Assembly (NCBI GenBank): GCA_016872895.1
Contig: VGYT01000002.1
Coordinates: forward strand, 1-51,469
Direction: 5' to 3'
Source of the DNA: Planctomycetota bacterium
GTDB taxonomy: Bacteria; Planctomycetota; Phycisphaerae; FEN-1346
Length of the DNA: 51,469 nt
Shown here one piece after another: positions 9,558 to 19,500 of this stretch. The notes under the pieces are model-generated. The model was given only the letters and a program-made list of their open reading frames with translations. It ran no database searches and was not told the origin of the DNA. Within the stretch, counting starts at the first letter, position 1. Each line of letters begins with the position of its first letter. The translations under genes and the position numbers were made by a program.

Positions 9558-9581
9558 CACTTTGAACTCCGGACTTTGAAC
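9558..9581 (-). repeat. Two sense-oriented copies of the post-stop motif GTTCAAAGT[G/C]
   Basis: The minus strand reads TAG-AGAGACAGTTCAAAGTC-CGGA-GTTCAAAGTG. The copies are at 9581-9572 and 9567-9558, 7 and 21 nt after the stop at 9589-9591. Confidence 0.8.
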
Positions 9582-9588
9582 TGTCTCT

Positions 9589-11937
9589 CTACTGCACCTG
9601 CGGCGGCGCGACGGCTTGGCCGCGGCGCTGGGCTTCCTGCTCGGCGGGGCTGTACGTTCCGTAGAACGGCGCGTTGCCGTCGATCCAGACAAGGAGGCGC
9701 TCGCGGTCCTCCGCGGAGAGGGTGATGCGGGCGCGGTGTTTCTCGCCCTCCAGGACCTTCACGAGCGGGCTTTCATCCGCGCCGATGCGGCCGGGGCGCG
9801 TCACCGCTGCGGCGATGCTGGCCCCGCCCCACTCGAACCACCGCAGGTAGCGTTTCAGACCCTGGTACGAGCGGCTGAACGGCCCGTCGGGTTCGCCGGT
9901 GAGGGCGAAAGGCCCTTTCTCCACCCCTTCCTTGCCGTCATGGCAGCGGACGCAGTGCTTGTCGAGCACCGGCTGAACGAGTCGCGGGAAAGAGAACGGC
10001 TGCGTGCCGTCGGGGCCGGGCCGGAGGCGCGACGGCCCGCGCGCGGCTGCCAGCATCTTCGCGGGGGGCGGCGCGGCCCCGACCGGCTCGTGGCAGCCGA
10101 CGCAGCCCCGCCGCTCGCCGGGCTGAAGGTAGGCCGTCGAGCGCATGCTCTGGACGGCGCGGCCGTCCTGGTCCACGGCCTGGAAGTAGAGCGGTCTGCG
10201 GGCGGGTGCGCGGAAGTAGGCCGAGCCGTCGGCCTCCACGGGAACCGTACCGAGGAGCATCCTCGCGCCTTCGGCGTTTGCATGGCCGATGCGCGGCTGA
10301 TTGACGGTGGGCGTGGTCTTGGGGAGCACCTGGTAGACTCGCAGGTGGGCGACGCGGCGGCCTTCGGGCAGCGCAAGGAGGCTGCGGCGGACGTCGGTCA
10401 GGATGAACTCGCCTTCGTCGCCCAGGCCGGGGTCCGACTGGGGCGCGATGACGGGCGGCACGGGGCGCGGCGCAAGCAGAATCGGGTACATGCAGGGCAG
10501 CCGCCGGTCGCGATACAAGAGTTCCAGGTTGCCGAAGCGGTCGAGGTAGTACAGGCCGGTGGAGTCGCGTTTGCCGCCGCTCGACATGCCGGGCAGTTTG
10601 CCGTAGCCGAACGACACCAGGAAGTAGTTCTCCGACAGCGGCCACGGGCTATGGAAATAACTCTCGGGCCAGCCGCCGTCGGGGCCGTCGCCCTCCGGGA
10701 AGGGGACCTCGGGCGTCAGCCGCTCGACGGCGTCGAGGCCGTCCGTGCCGCGCTGGGCGTCCAGGCGGGGGCGCGACGGGTCGAGTATGGCGAGCGACCC
10801 GCCGACGTCGGCATGATGCGCCCCGGCCACGAAGATGATCCGCGGCGAGCCGGGGATGGCCCGCGCCTGGAAGCAGGCGTTGATGCGGCCGGTATAGTTG
10901 CCGAAGACGGCGGCGGGTGCGGTGCCGTCGGGGTTGGCGGCCCAGAGGCCGTGGAAGTTGGCGGCCGAGCGGTCGACGTAATCCCAACGCGTGTAGATAA
11001 TGCGGCCATCGGAAAGCACGCTCGGGTGCCACTCGTTGGTCTCGTGGAACGAGATGGTGCGGAGGTTCCCGCCGCCGGCGTCCATGCGGTGCAGGGTGTA
11101 CACGGGGATGGGTTCCCACGGGTTGTTGCAGCGCGTGAACCCGCCGCGCCGGGTGGACATGAAGGCCAGGCCGCCGTCGGGCAGCGGGCACGGGTCGAAA
11201 TCGTCAAACCGCCCGTACGTCAGTTGCCGCAGGTCGGCCCCCTCCGGGTCAACCTCGAGAATGTGGTAGAACGGGTGCTCGGGCGACCCCCACTCGACGG
11301 GGCGGCCCCGGCACTCGGCGAAGGCGAAGAAGATGCGCCGGGCGTCGAAAGAGAGGGCCAGCGTGGCGTAGCAGCCGGGCGGCAGGCGGCCCTGCAACAG
11401 GTCGCGGGTCCTGAGGGACACGCCTGGTGATTCAAGTATGTACACTCCTCCCCCCAGCACGCGGCCGTATTCGTCGAAGTACGCGACGTACTCGTGCAGC
11501 ATCTGGCAGATGAAGCGGTTGCGCTTCATGAAGACCAGGGGCTTGCCGGCCAGGAGCGGATTCCTGAGCGCCAGGTCGCGCGCCGCCCAGCGCGTGCGGC
11601 GGTAGAGGTCCAGGCGTGCGACGGCGTCGAGCGAGTCGAGGTCCTTCGCCTCATCCCGGAGGCGGGCCACCGCGGCGGCGTCGGCGGCTACGTCGGGCGC
11701 GGCCGGCATGGCGCCGAGGTCGGCCACCAGCGCGCCCGCGCGCTTCAGGGCCGCGCGGACGGCGTCGGGCGATTCAGGCGTGCGGCCGAGGCGGCTCTCC
11801 TGGGCGGCCCAGTCGGCCTCGACCATGTCGCGCAGGGCCGGCTCGACGTCGCCGCGTCCGGCGAAGGCGGGCGCCGAGAAAAGAACCGCGGCGCCGACCG
11901 TTGCCGCCGCACGCCCAAGAGTTCCGAGGCACCTCAT
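9589..11937 (-). CDS. Secreted beta-propeller (PD40/TolB-like) protein with two C-terminal CXXCH motifs (planctomycete cytochrome-c-type)
   Basis: ORF 9589..12072. ATG 11937 gives MRCLGTLGRAAATVGAAVLFSAPAFA (signal peptide). The C-terminus has CVGCHE and LVQPVLDKHCVRCHDG. The ORF-track start lies upstream of the promoter at 12037..12064. Confidence 0.8.
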   Translation of the reverse strand: MRCLGTLGRAAATVGAAVLFSAPAFAGRGDVEPALRDMVEADWAAQESRLGRTPESPDAVRAALKRAGALVADLGAMPAAPDVAADAAAVARLRDEAKDLDSLDAVARLDLYRRTRWAARDLALRNPLLAGKPLVFMKRNRFICQMLHEYVAYFDEYGRVLGGGVYILESPGVSLRTRDLLQGRLPPGCYATLALSFDARRIFFAFAECRGRPVEWGSPEHPFYHILEVDPEGADLRQLTYGRFDDFDPCPLPDGGLAFMSTRRGGFTRCNNPWEPIPVYTLHRMDAGGGNLRTISFHETNEWHPSVLSDGRIIYTRWDYVDRSAANFHGLWAANPDGTAPAAVFGNYTGRINACFQARAIPGSPRIIFVAGAHHADVGGSLAILDPSRPRLDAQRGTDGLDAVERLTPEVPFPEGDGPDGGWPESYFHSPWPLSENYFLVSFGYGKLPGMSSGGKRDSTGLYYLDRFGNLELLYRDRRLPCMYPILLAPRPVPPVIAPQSDPGLGDEGEFILTDVRRSLLALPEGRRVAHLRVYQVLPKTTPTVNQPRIGHANAEGARMLLGTVPVEADGSAYFRAPARRPLYFQAVDQDGRAVQSMRSTAYLQPGERRGCVGCHEPVGAAPPPAKMLAAARGPSRLRPGPDGTQPFSFPRLVQPVLDKHCVRCHDGKEGVEKGPFALTGEPDGPFSRSYQGLKRYLRWFEWGGASIAAAVTRPGRIGADESPLVKVLEGEKHRARITLSAEDRERLLVWIDGNAPFYGTYSPAEQEAQRRGQAVAPPQVQ

Positions 11938-12036
11938 GGCTGCCCTCCTCCCGCGCCGCGCCGGCCGGGATTGGCCGCACAGCCCCGCGCGCGGCAAACC
12001 GCGTTCGGCACGCGCACGCGCTCGATCCTGACCAGT

Positions 12037-12064
12037 ATTATATCGCCCTGAGACGGCCGTGCAA
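12037..12064 (-). promoter_or_regulatory. sigma70-like promoter for the CXXCH beta-propeller gene
   Basis: Reverse strand reads TTGCAC-16 nt-TATAAT. Confidence 0.5.
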
Positions 12065-12267
12065 ATGAGCACCGGCGGTCTGCGGCCGCCGCCGGGGGGC
12101 TGAGCCGGCGGACATCGGCCGGCAGGCGGCGCGGCGGGTGCGGAGACCCGCCGCGCGAAACCCGCGGGAACCCGCCGCGCGAGGCCCGCGGAGGCGCGCG
12201 GCGCGAAAGCGGAACCCGGCGCTGCCCTGCTGGTTGATGCAAGGCGTCCCCGTAATTCCCGGCATCC

Positions 12268-13494
12268 TTACGGCGCCGGGGCGGAGGGTCTTGCTTCGGA
12301 CCGCAGGTTCCGCCACAACTCCAGCGGTGCGCCGGCGGCGGCCTTGTTGTTCCAGTTGGCGCCGAAGATGTCGATCGCCCCGTCGGCCGCAACGTCAACC
12401 AGAACGATGTTGTGCGACCCGCGCGCGGAGACCACCTGCTTGGGCCACGGCCGGCCGCCGCCGCGGTTCCAGAAGACGGCGACTTCCTGCGGGGCGGAAG
12501 CCTGGTGCATCTTGGCTGCGACCACGTCGAGGCGTCCATCGCCGTCGAGGTCTCCGAGGCGCAGGCCGTGCATGTAGTCGGAGTCGGCCTGGATGACCTG
12601 CTCGGTCCAGTTCGTGCGCCGGGGGTCCGGCGGCGCGGCAAACCAGGAGAGGCGGCCCTTGCCCTCGGCCGGCGAAAGAACGATGTCCGGCCTGCCGTCG
12701 CCGTCGATGTCGCCGACGGCGGCCACCACGTCGCCGTTGGTCCAGCCCTGGTCGAAGGCCGCGGGGTCGATGTAAGCATGCTCCTGCCAGGCGCTGCCGG
12801 CGGCGCCGGGGTTCCTGTACCACCGCCCGCCGATGACGACATCAGGATGGCCGTCGGCGTCGAGATCGGCCGCGGCCAGGCCTTCGCCGTGCGGGCACGC
12901 CGCGGTGCGGTGCGACCAGGCGTCCGGCCCCTCCTGCCGCCAGAAATGAATCTGGTTGCCCCGCCGCTTGCCGAAGCCCGACTGGTGCCGCGTGACGACG
13001 TCCGGTTTGCCATCGCCGTCCAGGTCGGCCACTTCCACGTCGTGCATGTCGGCCCCTTCGGCGGAAATCACGCGCGCGGACCACGCGGCGGCGGCCGGGT
13101 CCAGGCCCGGCGCGCACGGGTTGCGGAACCACGTCAGCCCGGCGCGGCCGGGGATGACCACGTCGAGGCGCCCGTCGCGGTCGATGTCGGCCACGGCCAT
13201 GTCGGTCGTAAACGCCCCGGGGGCAATGAGGTGCTTGGTCCACTTCGGATAGCGGTACCAGAACAGGCCGTCGCCGGCGGCGCTGGCAGCCAGCAGGTCG
13301 GGCAGGCCGTCGCCGTCGATGTCGCCGGCGGCCTTGCAATGCGGATGGGTGGGATTCTGCGCGTCGACTACCTCGTGGCGGAACGCGACTTCGGCGGCGT
13401 GCGCCCGGCCCGCGACGCAGAGGGCGGCAATCACCAGCGCGGCCCCGGCCAACGCCCGGCTGCCGGCGGACGCCATCAGCGATCGAGGTTGCAT
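12268..13494 (-). CDS. Secreted FG-GAP/VCBS repeat protein
   Basis: ORF 12268..13605. ATG 13494 gives MQPRSLMASAGSRALAGAALVIAALCVAGRAHA. The body has repeated DIDGDGxxD / DLDGDGxxD calcium-binding FG-GAP blades. Confidence 0.85.
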   Translation of the reverse strand: MQPRSLMASAGSRALAGAALVIAALCVAGRAHAAEVAFRHEVVDAQNPTHPHCKAAGDIDGDGLPDLLAASAAGDGLFWYRYPKWTKHLIAPGAFTTDMAVADIDRDGRLDVVIPGRAGLTWFRNPCAPGLDPAAAAWSARVISAEGADMHDVEVADLDGDGKPDVVTRHQSGFGKRRGNQIHFWRQEGPDAWSHRTAACPHGEGLAAADLDADGHPDVVIGGRWYRNPGAAGSAWQEHAYIDPAAFDQGWTNGDVVAAVGDIDGDGRPDIVLSPAEGKGRLSWFAAPPDPRRTNWTEQVIQADSDYMHGLRLGDLDGDGRLDVVAAKMHQASAPQEVAVFWNRGGGRPWPKQVVSARGSHNIVLVDVAADGAIDIFGANWNNKAAAGAPLELWRNLRSEARPSAPAP

Positions 13495-13601
13495 GGCCCT
13501 GCCCTTTCTCTCGCTGTGCACAAGAGACGCAATTTCAGACCGCTGCGCGGCCGGCCGGCGGCGGGCCGTCGCCATAGCGCCATGGCGCATCGGCGGCCGG
13601 G

Positions 13602-14894
13602 TCAATCGGCCGCGAGGCTGGCGCAGACGAGTTCGCTGTCGTTCCGCGCGAAAATGTGCCTGTAAGCATAGGCCGGATGCGACCAGCAGACGCCGCCGCG
13701 CTGCGAGAGTTGGCCCCGCGTCGGCTCAATGAGTTTCGCGCGGCTGATTTCGCGGAAGCCCTCGGGCGAAAGCGCACCGATAATCAATTCGCCACGCTCG
13801 TTGAACATCCAGAATCGCTCGCCGCCACGGACGATGTGGATCGTGCTCCACCGGGCCTTCGGGACGGCCGTCAGGTCTTCCCACACGCGGTCGCCGGTGC
13901 GTGCGTCCAGGCATCGCAGTTCGCCGTAACTGTCAACGCCGTAAACGTAGTCGCCCTGGAAGTACGGGGTGCTTATCATCGCGTGAAGCGCGTCGGTCCT
14001 GATTTCGCTCTCGCCGTGGCGGCGCCAGAGCACCTCGACCTCCAGGGCGTCCTGCCGCAGGCGGAGCATGTACGACCCGTCGTAGAACGCGGTCAGGAAG
14101 AGCCGGCCGCTGTCCACGACGGGCGTCGGCACGTTGATGACCATCCTGCGCGGAGGGGTGGGGTGCTTCCAGTAAAGCCGCCCGGAGGCGGGGTCGAGGC
14201 CGGCGACGCTGTCGCCCGTCCAGCAGACCAGGACGCGGCGGCCGGCCTGGGTCACGATTATCGGCGCGGAATACGATGCGCGGTCGTCCAGCGCCCGCCA
14301 GTTCTCCCGACCGGTCGCGGCATCGAGCGATACGATGCAGGCGCCGTCGGCGGCGCCGAGTTGCACGATGACCGCGCCGGCGTCAACCAGGGGCGCCGAC
14401 GCGACGCCCCAGGTGGGCGGGCGGACCCTGTAGTCGGCCGCGGGGTCCTTCTTCCAGATGAGGCCGCCGTCGGCCGCATCGAGGCAGTGGAGGTGGCCCA
14501 CGGCGCCGAGGGCGTAGGCCCGGCCGCCGGCGACGGAGACGCAGGCGCGCGGCCCGGCCGGGTATTGAAGTTTCTCATAGACGCAGTCGTAGGCATAAGT
14601 CCAGAGAGGCCGGCCGGTCGCCGCGTCGAAGCAGAGCACGCGCTCGGCCTCCTTCGGCTCGACCCGGCGGTCCATGACGTAGACGCGGCCGCCGGCGACG
14701 GTGGGGCCGGTGTACCCGCCGCCCACGGGCGCGCGCCATTTGAGCGGCAGGCGGTCCGCCGGGAGCGCCTGGAGCACGCCCGTCTCCTTCCAGGCGCCGT
14801 CGCGGTCCGGCCCTCGCCACTGCGGCCACTCGTCGGCCATGGCCGCATGGCAGCAGACCATCAGGAGGGCCGGCGCCAACCGATATGGGTTCAT
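13602..14894 (-). CDS. Secreted PQQ-like (BamB-like) beta-propeller repeat protein
   Basis: ORF 13602..15257. ATG 14894 gives MNPYRLAPALLMVCCHAAMADEWPQWRGPDRDG, the typical start of this family. Repeated G-R-V/L-Y-x-x-D/A blades follow. Confidence 0.85.
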   Translation of the reverse strand: MNPYRLAPALLMVCCHAAMADEWPQWRGPDRDGAWKETGVLQALPADRLPLKWRAPVGGGYTGPTVAGGRVYVMDRRVEPKEAERVLCFDAATGRPLWTYAYDCVYEKLQYPAGPRACVSVAGGRAYALGAVGHLHCLDAADGGLIWKKDPAADYRVRPPTWGVASAPLVDAGAVIVQLGAADGACIVSLDAATGRENWRALDDRASYSAPIIVTQAGRRVLVCWTGDSVAGLDPASGRLYWKHPTPPRRMVINVPTPVVDSGRLFLTAFYDGSYMLRLRQDALEVEVLWRRHGESEIRTDALHAMISTPYFQGDYVYGVDSYGELRCLDARTGDRVWEDLTAVPKARWSTIHIVRGGERFWMFNERGELIIGALSPEGFREISRAKLIEPTRGQLSQRGGVCWSHPAYAYRHIFARNDSELVCASLAAD

Positions 14895-14928
14895 CGCGTG
14901 CTCCTGACTGATTCCGGCGGTGCGGCGA

Positions 14929-16386
14929 CTAGTACCTGGGCAGCACGTTCTTGATGCCCTCGTCCACCGGCATGATGTCCGGATCGGCGCCGGTCTGGCG
15001 GAGCAGGCGTGCCAGTTCGGCCTGAAGTTCCTTGAGTTTCTCGGCGGCCGCCGGATCGTCAACCAGGTTCCTGGTCTCGTGGGGATCGGTCTTAAGGCAG
15101 TACAGTTCGGCCTTGTAGCGGTCGGGGCCGCCGTCGCCGTGCGGGTAATGCACATACTTCCATTCTTCGGTGCGCACGCCGCGGATGTTCGGGGTGTACG
15201 GGAACTCGGTCTCGTAGTTATACGCGTAGTGCCAGGAGGTGCGCCAGCCGCGGGCATCGCCGCCCAGGAGCGGCTTCCAGGACCGCCCGTGAATGCCTTC
15301 CAGGGGCGCGGCCCCGCACAGGTCCAGCAGGCTCGGCGCCAGGTCGATGCTCAACACCATCCGGTCGACGACCATCGGCCCGCGGACCAGCCCCGGCCAG
15401 CGCACGAGCAGCGGGATGCGGATGCTCTCTTCGTACATGGCCCGCTTGTCCACGCAGCCGTGCTCGCCGAGGAAGAACCCGTTATCGCTGGTGTAAACGA
15501 TGATGGTGTCGTCCAGTTGCCCGGTTTCTTCCAGGGCCGCCAAGACGCGGCCGACGCTGTCCTCGACCGAAACAAGGGTCGCGTGGTAGTAGCGGACGAA
15601 CTTGCCGAAATCCTTCAGCCCGTACAGCGGCCCCTCGATGCCGTGCCACGTGGGCACCCGCAGCCTGAGCCACTCCGGCTTGCCGGGGCCGTAGTCCGCG
15701 GCCGTGGGCGGACGCTGAATCGGCACGCCGTCGAACACGTGCTCGTACCTGGGCTCCGGCACGATCGGGCCGCCGTGCGGCGCCTTGTGCCCCATGATGA
15801 GAAGAAACGGCTTCGGGTGCGGCCGCTTCAGCCAGGCCACGGCGTGGTCGGTGACGACATGCGTGTAATAGCCCTTGATGACCTGCCGCTCGCCGTTGAC
15901 GTTGAACTCGTTATCGAAGTAGTTGCCCTGGCCCTTGTGGCTCATCCAGTAATCGAAGCCGGGGCGCTGCCGGTCATCCTGTTCGCCCATGTGCCACTTG
16001 CCGATATATGCCGTCTCGTACCCAATGTCGTGCAGCCGGCGGGGATAGCCCGGCAGGTCGGCCGGGTAGTCGGTAAAGTTGTCGCGAACGCCGTGGCTGT
16101 GCGCGTACCGGCCGCTCAGCAGCGACGCCCGGCTGGGCGAACACAGCGAGGTGGTGACGAACGCGTTGGCGAAGCGGACGCCTTCCCGGGCGATGCGGTC
16201 GATGTTGGGGGTCTTCAGGAAGGGGTGGCCGGCACAACTCATGGCGTCCCACCGCTGGTCATCGGTCAGGATGACCACGACGTTGGGCCTCCTGCCTTCG
16301 GCGGCCTTCGCCAACCGCCGGCCGGCCGCAAGCGCGGCCCCTGCGGCGGACCACCGGAGGAAGTCGCGCCGGTTCAGCCCGTTCAT
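14929..16386 (-). CDS. Formylglycine-dependent sulfatase (arylsulfatase A family) with a TAT signal
   Basis: 485 aa. MNGLNRRDFLRW twin-arginine signal, VVVILTDDQRWD, and the active-site box LCSPSRASLLSG (CxPxR). Confidence 0.92.
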   Translation of the reverse strand: MNGLNRRDFLRWSAAGAALAAGRRLAKAAEGRRPNVVVILTDDQRWDAMSCAGHPFLKTPNIDRIAREGVRFANAFVTTSLCSPSRASLLSGRYAHSHGVRDNFTDYPADLPGYPRRLHDIGYETAYIGKWHMGEQDDRQRPGFDYWMSHKGQGNYFDNEFNVNGERQVIKGYYTHVVTDHAVAWLKRPHPKPFLLIMGHKAPHGGPIVPEPRYEHVFDGVPIQRPPTAADYGPGKPEWLRLRVPTWHGIEGPLYGLKDFGKFVRYYHATLVSVEDSVGRVLAALEETGQLDDTIIVYTSDNGFFLGEHGCVDKRAMYEESIRIPLLVRWPGLVRGPMVVDRMVLSIDLAPSLLDLCGAAPLEGIHGRSWKPLLGGDARGWRTSWHYAYNYETEFPYTPNIRGVRTEEWKYVHYPHGDGGPDRYKAELYCLKTDPHETRNLVDDPAAAEKLKELQAELARLLRQTGADPDIMPVDEGIKNVLPRY

Positions 16387-16525
16387 GGGGATTGATCCTC
16401 GCCTCGTCCTCGCGGGCCCGTGCTGGATGAAAACACGTGCCGGCGCAATCGCCCCGTCGGCCGGGCATCGAACGCGGCCGCGCCCGCCCGGCCAGCCGGG
16501 TTCTCGGCGCGGGCGAGCCTCGCCG

Positions 16526-19500
16526 CTACTTCCCGTCCCAGCAGGTCACGGCGCCGTTCTGCAACGATATGAAGAGTTTTCCATTAGCAATCGACATGCC
16601 GTCCCATACGGGGACGGCCTCCAGGCGGTATTCCGCCAGTTTTGCGCCGTCTTCGGCCGAGACCACCCACAGCAGGCCCCCCATCTTGCCTCGCCAGGCG
16701 TCGTCCTGGGCCTTGAGTTGGCGGTTTATCTCGTCGTCGGCCCCCGGCAGGAACCCGAGCATCCGGGATTCGTCGGCGACGTCCGGCGGGCCTGCGACGA
16801 ACAGCCTCCTGCCTCCGACGGCCATGGCGTTCGCGAAAAGCGGCGGAGACGGTATCTGCCAGTAGACCTTGTACCCGCCGGCGATGTTCGCCTCCGCCGC
16901 GGCGCCGGCCGCCTTCCCGGCCTTGGCCTTCTTCTTCGCGGGGGCGCCGTTCTGCTGCTGCTGCGGCGCCTCGTCCCGGACATTCCTGTCCGCCGCGTAG
17001 AGCCGGTAGGCGGGCGTGGGCAGGAGGGTGTTGCCCAGGCCGTCGGCGCGGAAGGCGTAGGCCCGCGACTCGTCCAGGGCCATGATGCGCCCGCAGGGCG
17101 TGTGCTTCTGCGCGAGGTTGTAAAGGGCCCAGCCTTCGGCGCAATTATCTCCATAAATCCAATATGTTCTGTGGAACCACGCATCGTCCAGGAATCCGGT
17201 CGGGCAGAAGAGGTGGCGGGTCTCCGGCTGCGAGCCGATTTGCCTGGCCGACGCGACCTCGATGCCGGCTCGCCTGCCCTCCAGGTCGAACTTCTGCGTA
17301 CCCATGTAGAGGTACTTCCCGTCGCAGGACAGGATGTCCGGGTTCGCCACGGGCATGGACTTGGCGGATATCAACGTCTGAAGGTTCTTGCCCGTCTGCG
17401 GGTCGAGTTCGTCCAGGACGGTCTCCGATATTTTCCTGCCGGTGGCGCTGTCGAGGCGCACCAGACGAAGGCCGCCGTCGAAGAACATGTTGCGGCCGGC
17501 CAGGCCGTAAACGGCGCCTCCGCGGACGAGCACGCTGCCGCTCAGGGGCCAGACCGACTCGGGCCGCTGGCAGGAGATGATCTGGCGGTCCTGCGGCGCA
17601 ACCAGGTACGACCATGCCAGCGACCCGTCGGCGGCCAGGAGGCAGTAGATGCGGCCGTCGGCGCAGCCGAAGAAGACCGCCCCCCGGTACACCGTGGGCG
17701 GAGAGTCGATCCTGCCTCCGGCCAGGTATTTCCATAACACCTTGCCGCCGGCGGCATCCAGGGCGTAGAGCGTGTGCGCGTCGGCCGAGGCGACGTAAAC
17801 TCTGCCGCCGGCCGCGACCGGCTGGCTCAGCCTGCCGCCCAGCCTGGCCTCCCACGACTTCTTCAAGGCCGCCGGGACGGGCGACGGGCACGAGCCGCTG
17901 CGCGCCGGGTCGTGCCTGTACATCGGCCAGTCCTCCGCGGCGCCGGGGCCGGCGGCGTGGTCCTGGCCCGGGGCGGCTGCGTAGGCGGGCCCCTTCTGGA
18001 GACGGCCGTCTTCGGGCATCGGCTGCGCGGCCCCGGGCCGGGGGCAGGCCGGGGCCAGGGCGCAGAGATACTCCAATTTTGACATATAGTAGCAGGCGCA
18101 CGAGTCGGGGGGCTTGTAGAGCAGCCCGTTGCAGGGCATGACGCCGTATATGCAACTGCCACGCACATAATTATATATTTCCACACTGTTGCCGCCGACC
18201 TCGTAGAACTCCGTTCCCATCCCGGCGGTCATGATATATCGCTGCGTGGCCCGGCCGGGATAGCACCGCGGGTGCATGGGGAAGCCCGGCAGGTTCTCGG
18301 CCACGAAGTCCCTGGCGGCGGCGCCCGTGCGGAGGTCCAGGGCGACGAAGTGGGTCCCTTTCTGCTGCGCGGCGCCCGTGTGCGCCGACCAGACGAGCCC
18401 TCCTATGACGAACAGGTCGCTGGGGCAGTGGTGACCCGTCGGGGGTATCTTGCCCTCCCACAGCAGTTTGCCGCTCTCGGCGGAGAGGCCCCAGACCTGC
18501 GTTCCGTGGCACAGGACAAGCACCCCGTCGGACAGGATCACCCTCGGGGCCGCCCCCGTTGCGGGCCTGATTGCGGCGCGGGGCAGGTTGTCCGAGACCC
18601 AGGCGGGCCTGCCGGTCTTGCGGTCGAGGGCCGCCATGGCGCCGCCGTCGAAGAAGAAGACGCTCCTTGCGCCCACGGTAAGCGTGAGCGGCGCTATCCT
18701 GGCGGCGTGCTTCCAGAGGATTCTCCCCGAGTCGGCTTCCACGGCGGCGATGCAGCGCTGAGGGCTTTGACTGGTCCATCCCCATCCGGAGTTGGCACGA
18801 TTTATTTCGGCATAGGTTGGACCTTCGGCCCTGTAGTCCACGGGCCGCCTGTCCGGGTCAACGAGAAGGAAAAGGGTACCTTCGGAAAACGCTATTTCCT
18901 CCGCGGCCTTCGTGCCGTCGTACGTCCGGATGGTCCGGCCCGATGCGGCATCCAGGGCCGCCAGCGGTTCAGAAAGGCCGAGGGTGGCAAAGATGCGGTC
19001 TCCGACGGCCACAAGCCTGCGCGGCAGGCAGCCGGGCCCGCTTTTCAAGGGCCAGTTGGCGGGATGCCAGTCCTTCAGGGGCCGCTTCCAGAGGACCGTT
19101 CCGTTGAACGCGTCGCGCGCCACGAGGCTCCACTGGGCGGGCAGGAAGACGTGCTGCCGGAGCCCCTCGTCTATGATGTAGAAGATCCTGGCGCCGGACG
19201 ACACCATGGCATGCATGCTGGACATGAAATCGTGGTTGCGCAGCCACTTGGGGTCGCCCACCCACTGGATGCGCTGCGGCGGGCCGACTACCTTGTCCAA
19301 GCCCACCATGGTGCCCTGCGGGTCGTGGTGATAATGAGTCCACTCATCTAGATCCGATGGGCGAGGCTTGGTTTCGGCCTTCCACGCGGCGCCATCCTTC
19401 GCGCACAGGGTCCCCCCGGGGCACAAGACCCTCGTCATCTCCTGCCTCGGCACGGAACAAGGGCCGTCGATAACCAGCAGGTTGACCGTGTTGTCGGCGA

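Noticed and set aside
9616-11430. 604-aa plus-strand ORF
   Set aside because: Antisense shadow of the CXXCH beta-propeller gene, with low-complexity Ala/Gly/Arg content.
9589-11937. Reading the propeller-plus-CXXCH protein as hydrazine synthase (anammox)
   Set aside because: Only a generic architectural resemblance. There are no hzsB/hzsC, hdh or other anammox genes here, and the surrounding genes are polysaccharide and sulfatase related.
14920-17737. 491-aa (14920..16395) and 552-aa (16079..17737) plus-strand ORFs
   Set aside because: Antisense to the sulfatase (CSPSR active site, TAT signal) and to the methyltransferase/propeller gene. Arg/Pro/Gly-rich with no motifs.
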